Assembly: GCF_035084215.1 (NCBI RefSeq)
Contig: NC_090340.1
Span: 5,084,001 to 5,148,000, forward strand
Length of the DNA: 64,000 nucleotides
Direction of reading: 5' to 3'
Origin: Heptranchias perlo
Taxonomy: Eukaryota
The notes beneath the pieces were generated by a model, which was given only the letters and a program-made list of their open reading frames with translations, did no database searches and was not told the DNA's origin. This document shows, piece after piece, positions 63,151 through 64,000 of this stretch; positions within the stretch are counted from its first letter, which is position 1; each line of letters opens with the position of its first letter. A program made the position numbers and the translations under genes.

Positions 63151-64000
63151 CATTAAGACATCGCATTGTTCAGTATATTTATTTTCAGCCAGTTATTTCA
63201 AAGTAAGACAGCATGCTACCATGAAGTGATGAATAAACTGTAACTTACCATTGGTAACTTTACGTAAGTATGCAAGGGTAATCGTTTTAAACATTGCGAC
63301 TGTGCACGGCCCTTTTACCTCCAGATTAAGATTGAATCTACCCCGAATGATCCTGAACGCCTCTCCAGTCTGCCTGTTGTGCAGGTATTGGACAGAATGT
63401 TCTTCTACTGAGTTCCCAACCAGTGTAGGCTCACACTATGAAATTGACATTGAATTGGTAAACAAGTTTTCAGGGCACAAGAATGGTGGGTACATGAATT
63501 GCCAATATCACACTTGCGTCTGGTGATTTAGCAAGGCATATTTTGAGATATAATAGAGGGAGCTCTAAAATGCCACCTATATTTGCCCTGGTAATGCATG
63601 GGTCGAAAATGGGTGGCATAAATAAACAAAGTATTTTTATTGTCCAGCACTTTTACACTTCAATTGAAAAACAAAAGCTTAATTTGTGGAACGCTAAATA
63701 CGTTAAAGAATTAATTCACGGAATACTAAATTAAACATTATCAGCAAGGAACAACATATTGACTTTAACATTAACTGGAGATCTGTAAAATAAGTCTATG
63801 CCGCTTGCTGTAGTTGCATTCTATCTTTTAATAGATTTCTCACTAGACCGGAAGTGAAGAAAGGACGTCATAATGTTAATATAAACACTTCGGGAACATT
63901 TCACTTAACCAGAAATAAACTGTAGATCAGCATCTGATAAACAAAGCTAGGTTGATGTCTGGGATGGAATGCCTCATAGGAAGCATTGATGTGAGATGCT

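Overview
Repeat-dense vertebrate DNA. The CR1, L2 and Deu-domain SINE families point to a cartilaginous fish, most likely a shark (inference). One intact host gene can be assembled by hand on the minus strand (ATG 24442 to TAA 12137, 7 exons, 370 aa). It encodes an immunoglobulin-superfamily receptor: leader, germline-joined VJ-type V domain, one C1-set domain whose F-strand Cys is replaced by Trp, uncharged TM, and a SIRP-alpha-like tail with tandem Tyr motifs. The ORF track does not recover the TM exon or the three tail exons in the coding frame. A second hidden structure is an old, apparently pol-less endogenous retrovirus on the minus strand (46078 to 28480). It has two diverged LTRs, a PBS-like site, a PPT, a 4/5-matching TSD, a coiled-coil gag-like start, several splice acceptors and a decayed env resembling an F-type fusion protein. 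Nested insertions have broken it up: CR1, L2, a solo LTR, and a MITE whose arm seems to have amplified into a ~3.4-kb 20-bp satellite, itself hit by a tRNA-headed single-ORF LINE. The rest is CR1, L2 and CR1-group LINE fragments, SINEs, MITEs and a PIF/Harbinger Myb/SANT remnant. No rRNA, true tRNA or CRISPR was seen. Repeat boundaries are approximate unless a TSD or terminus is quoted.
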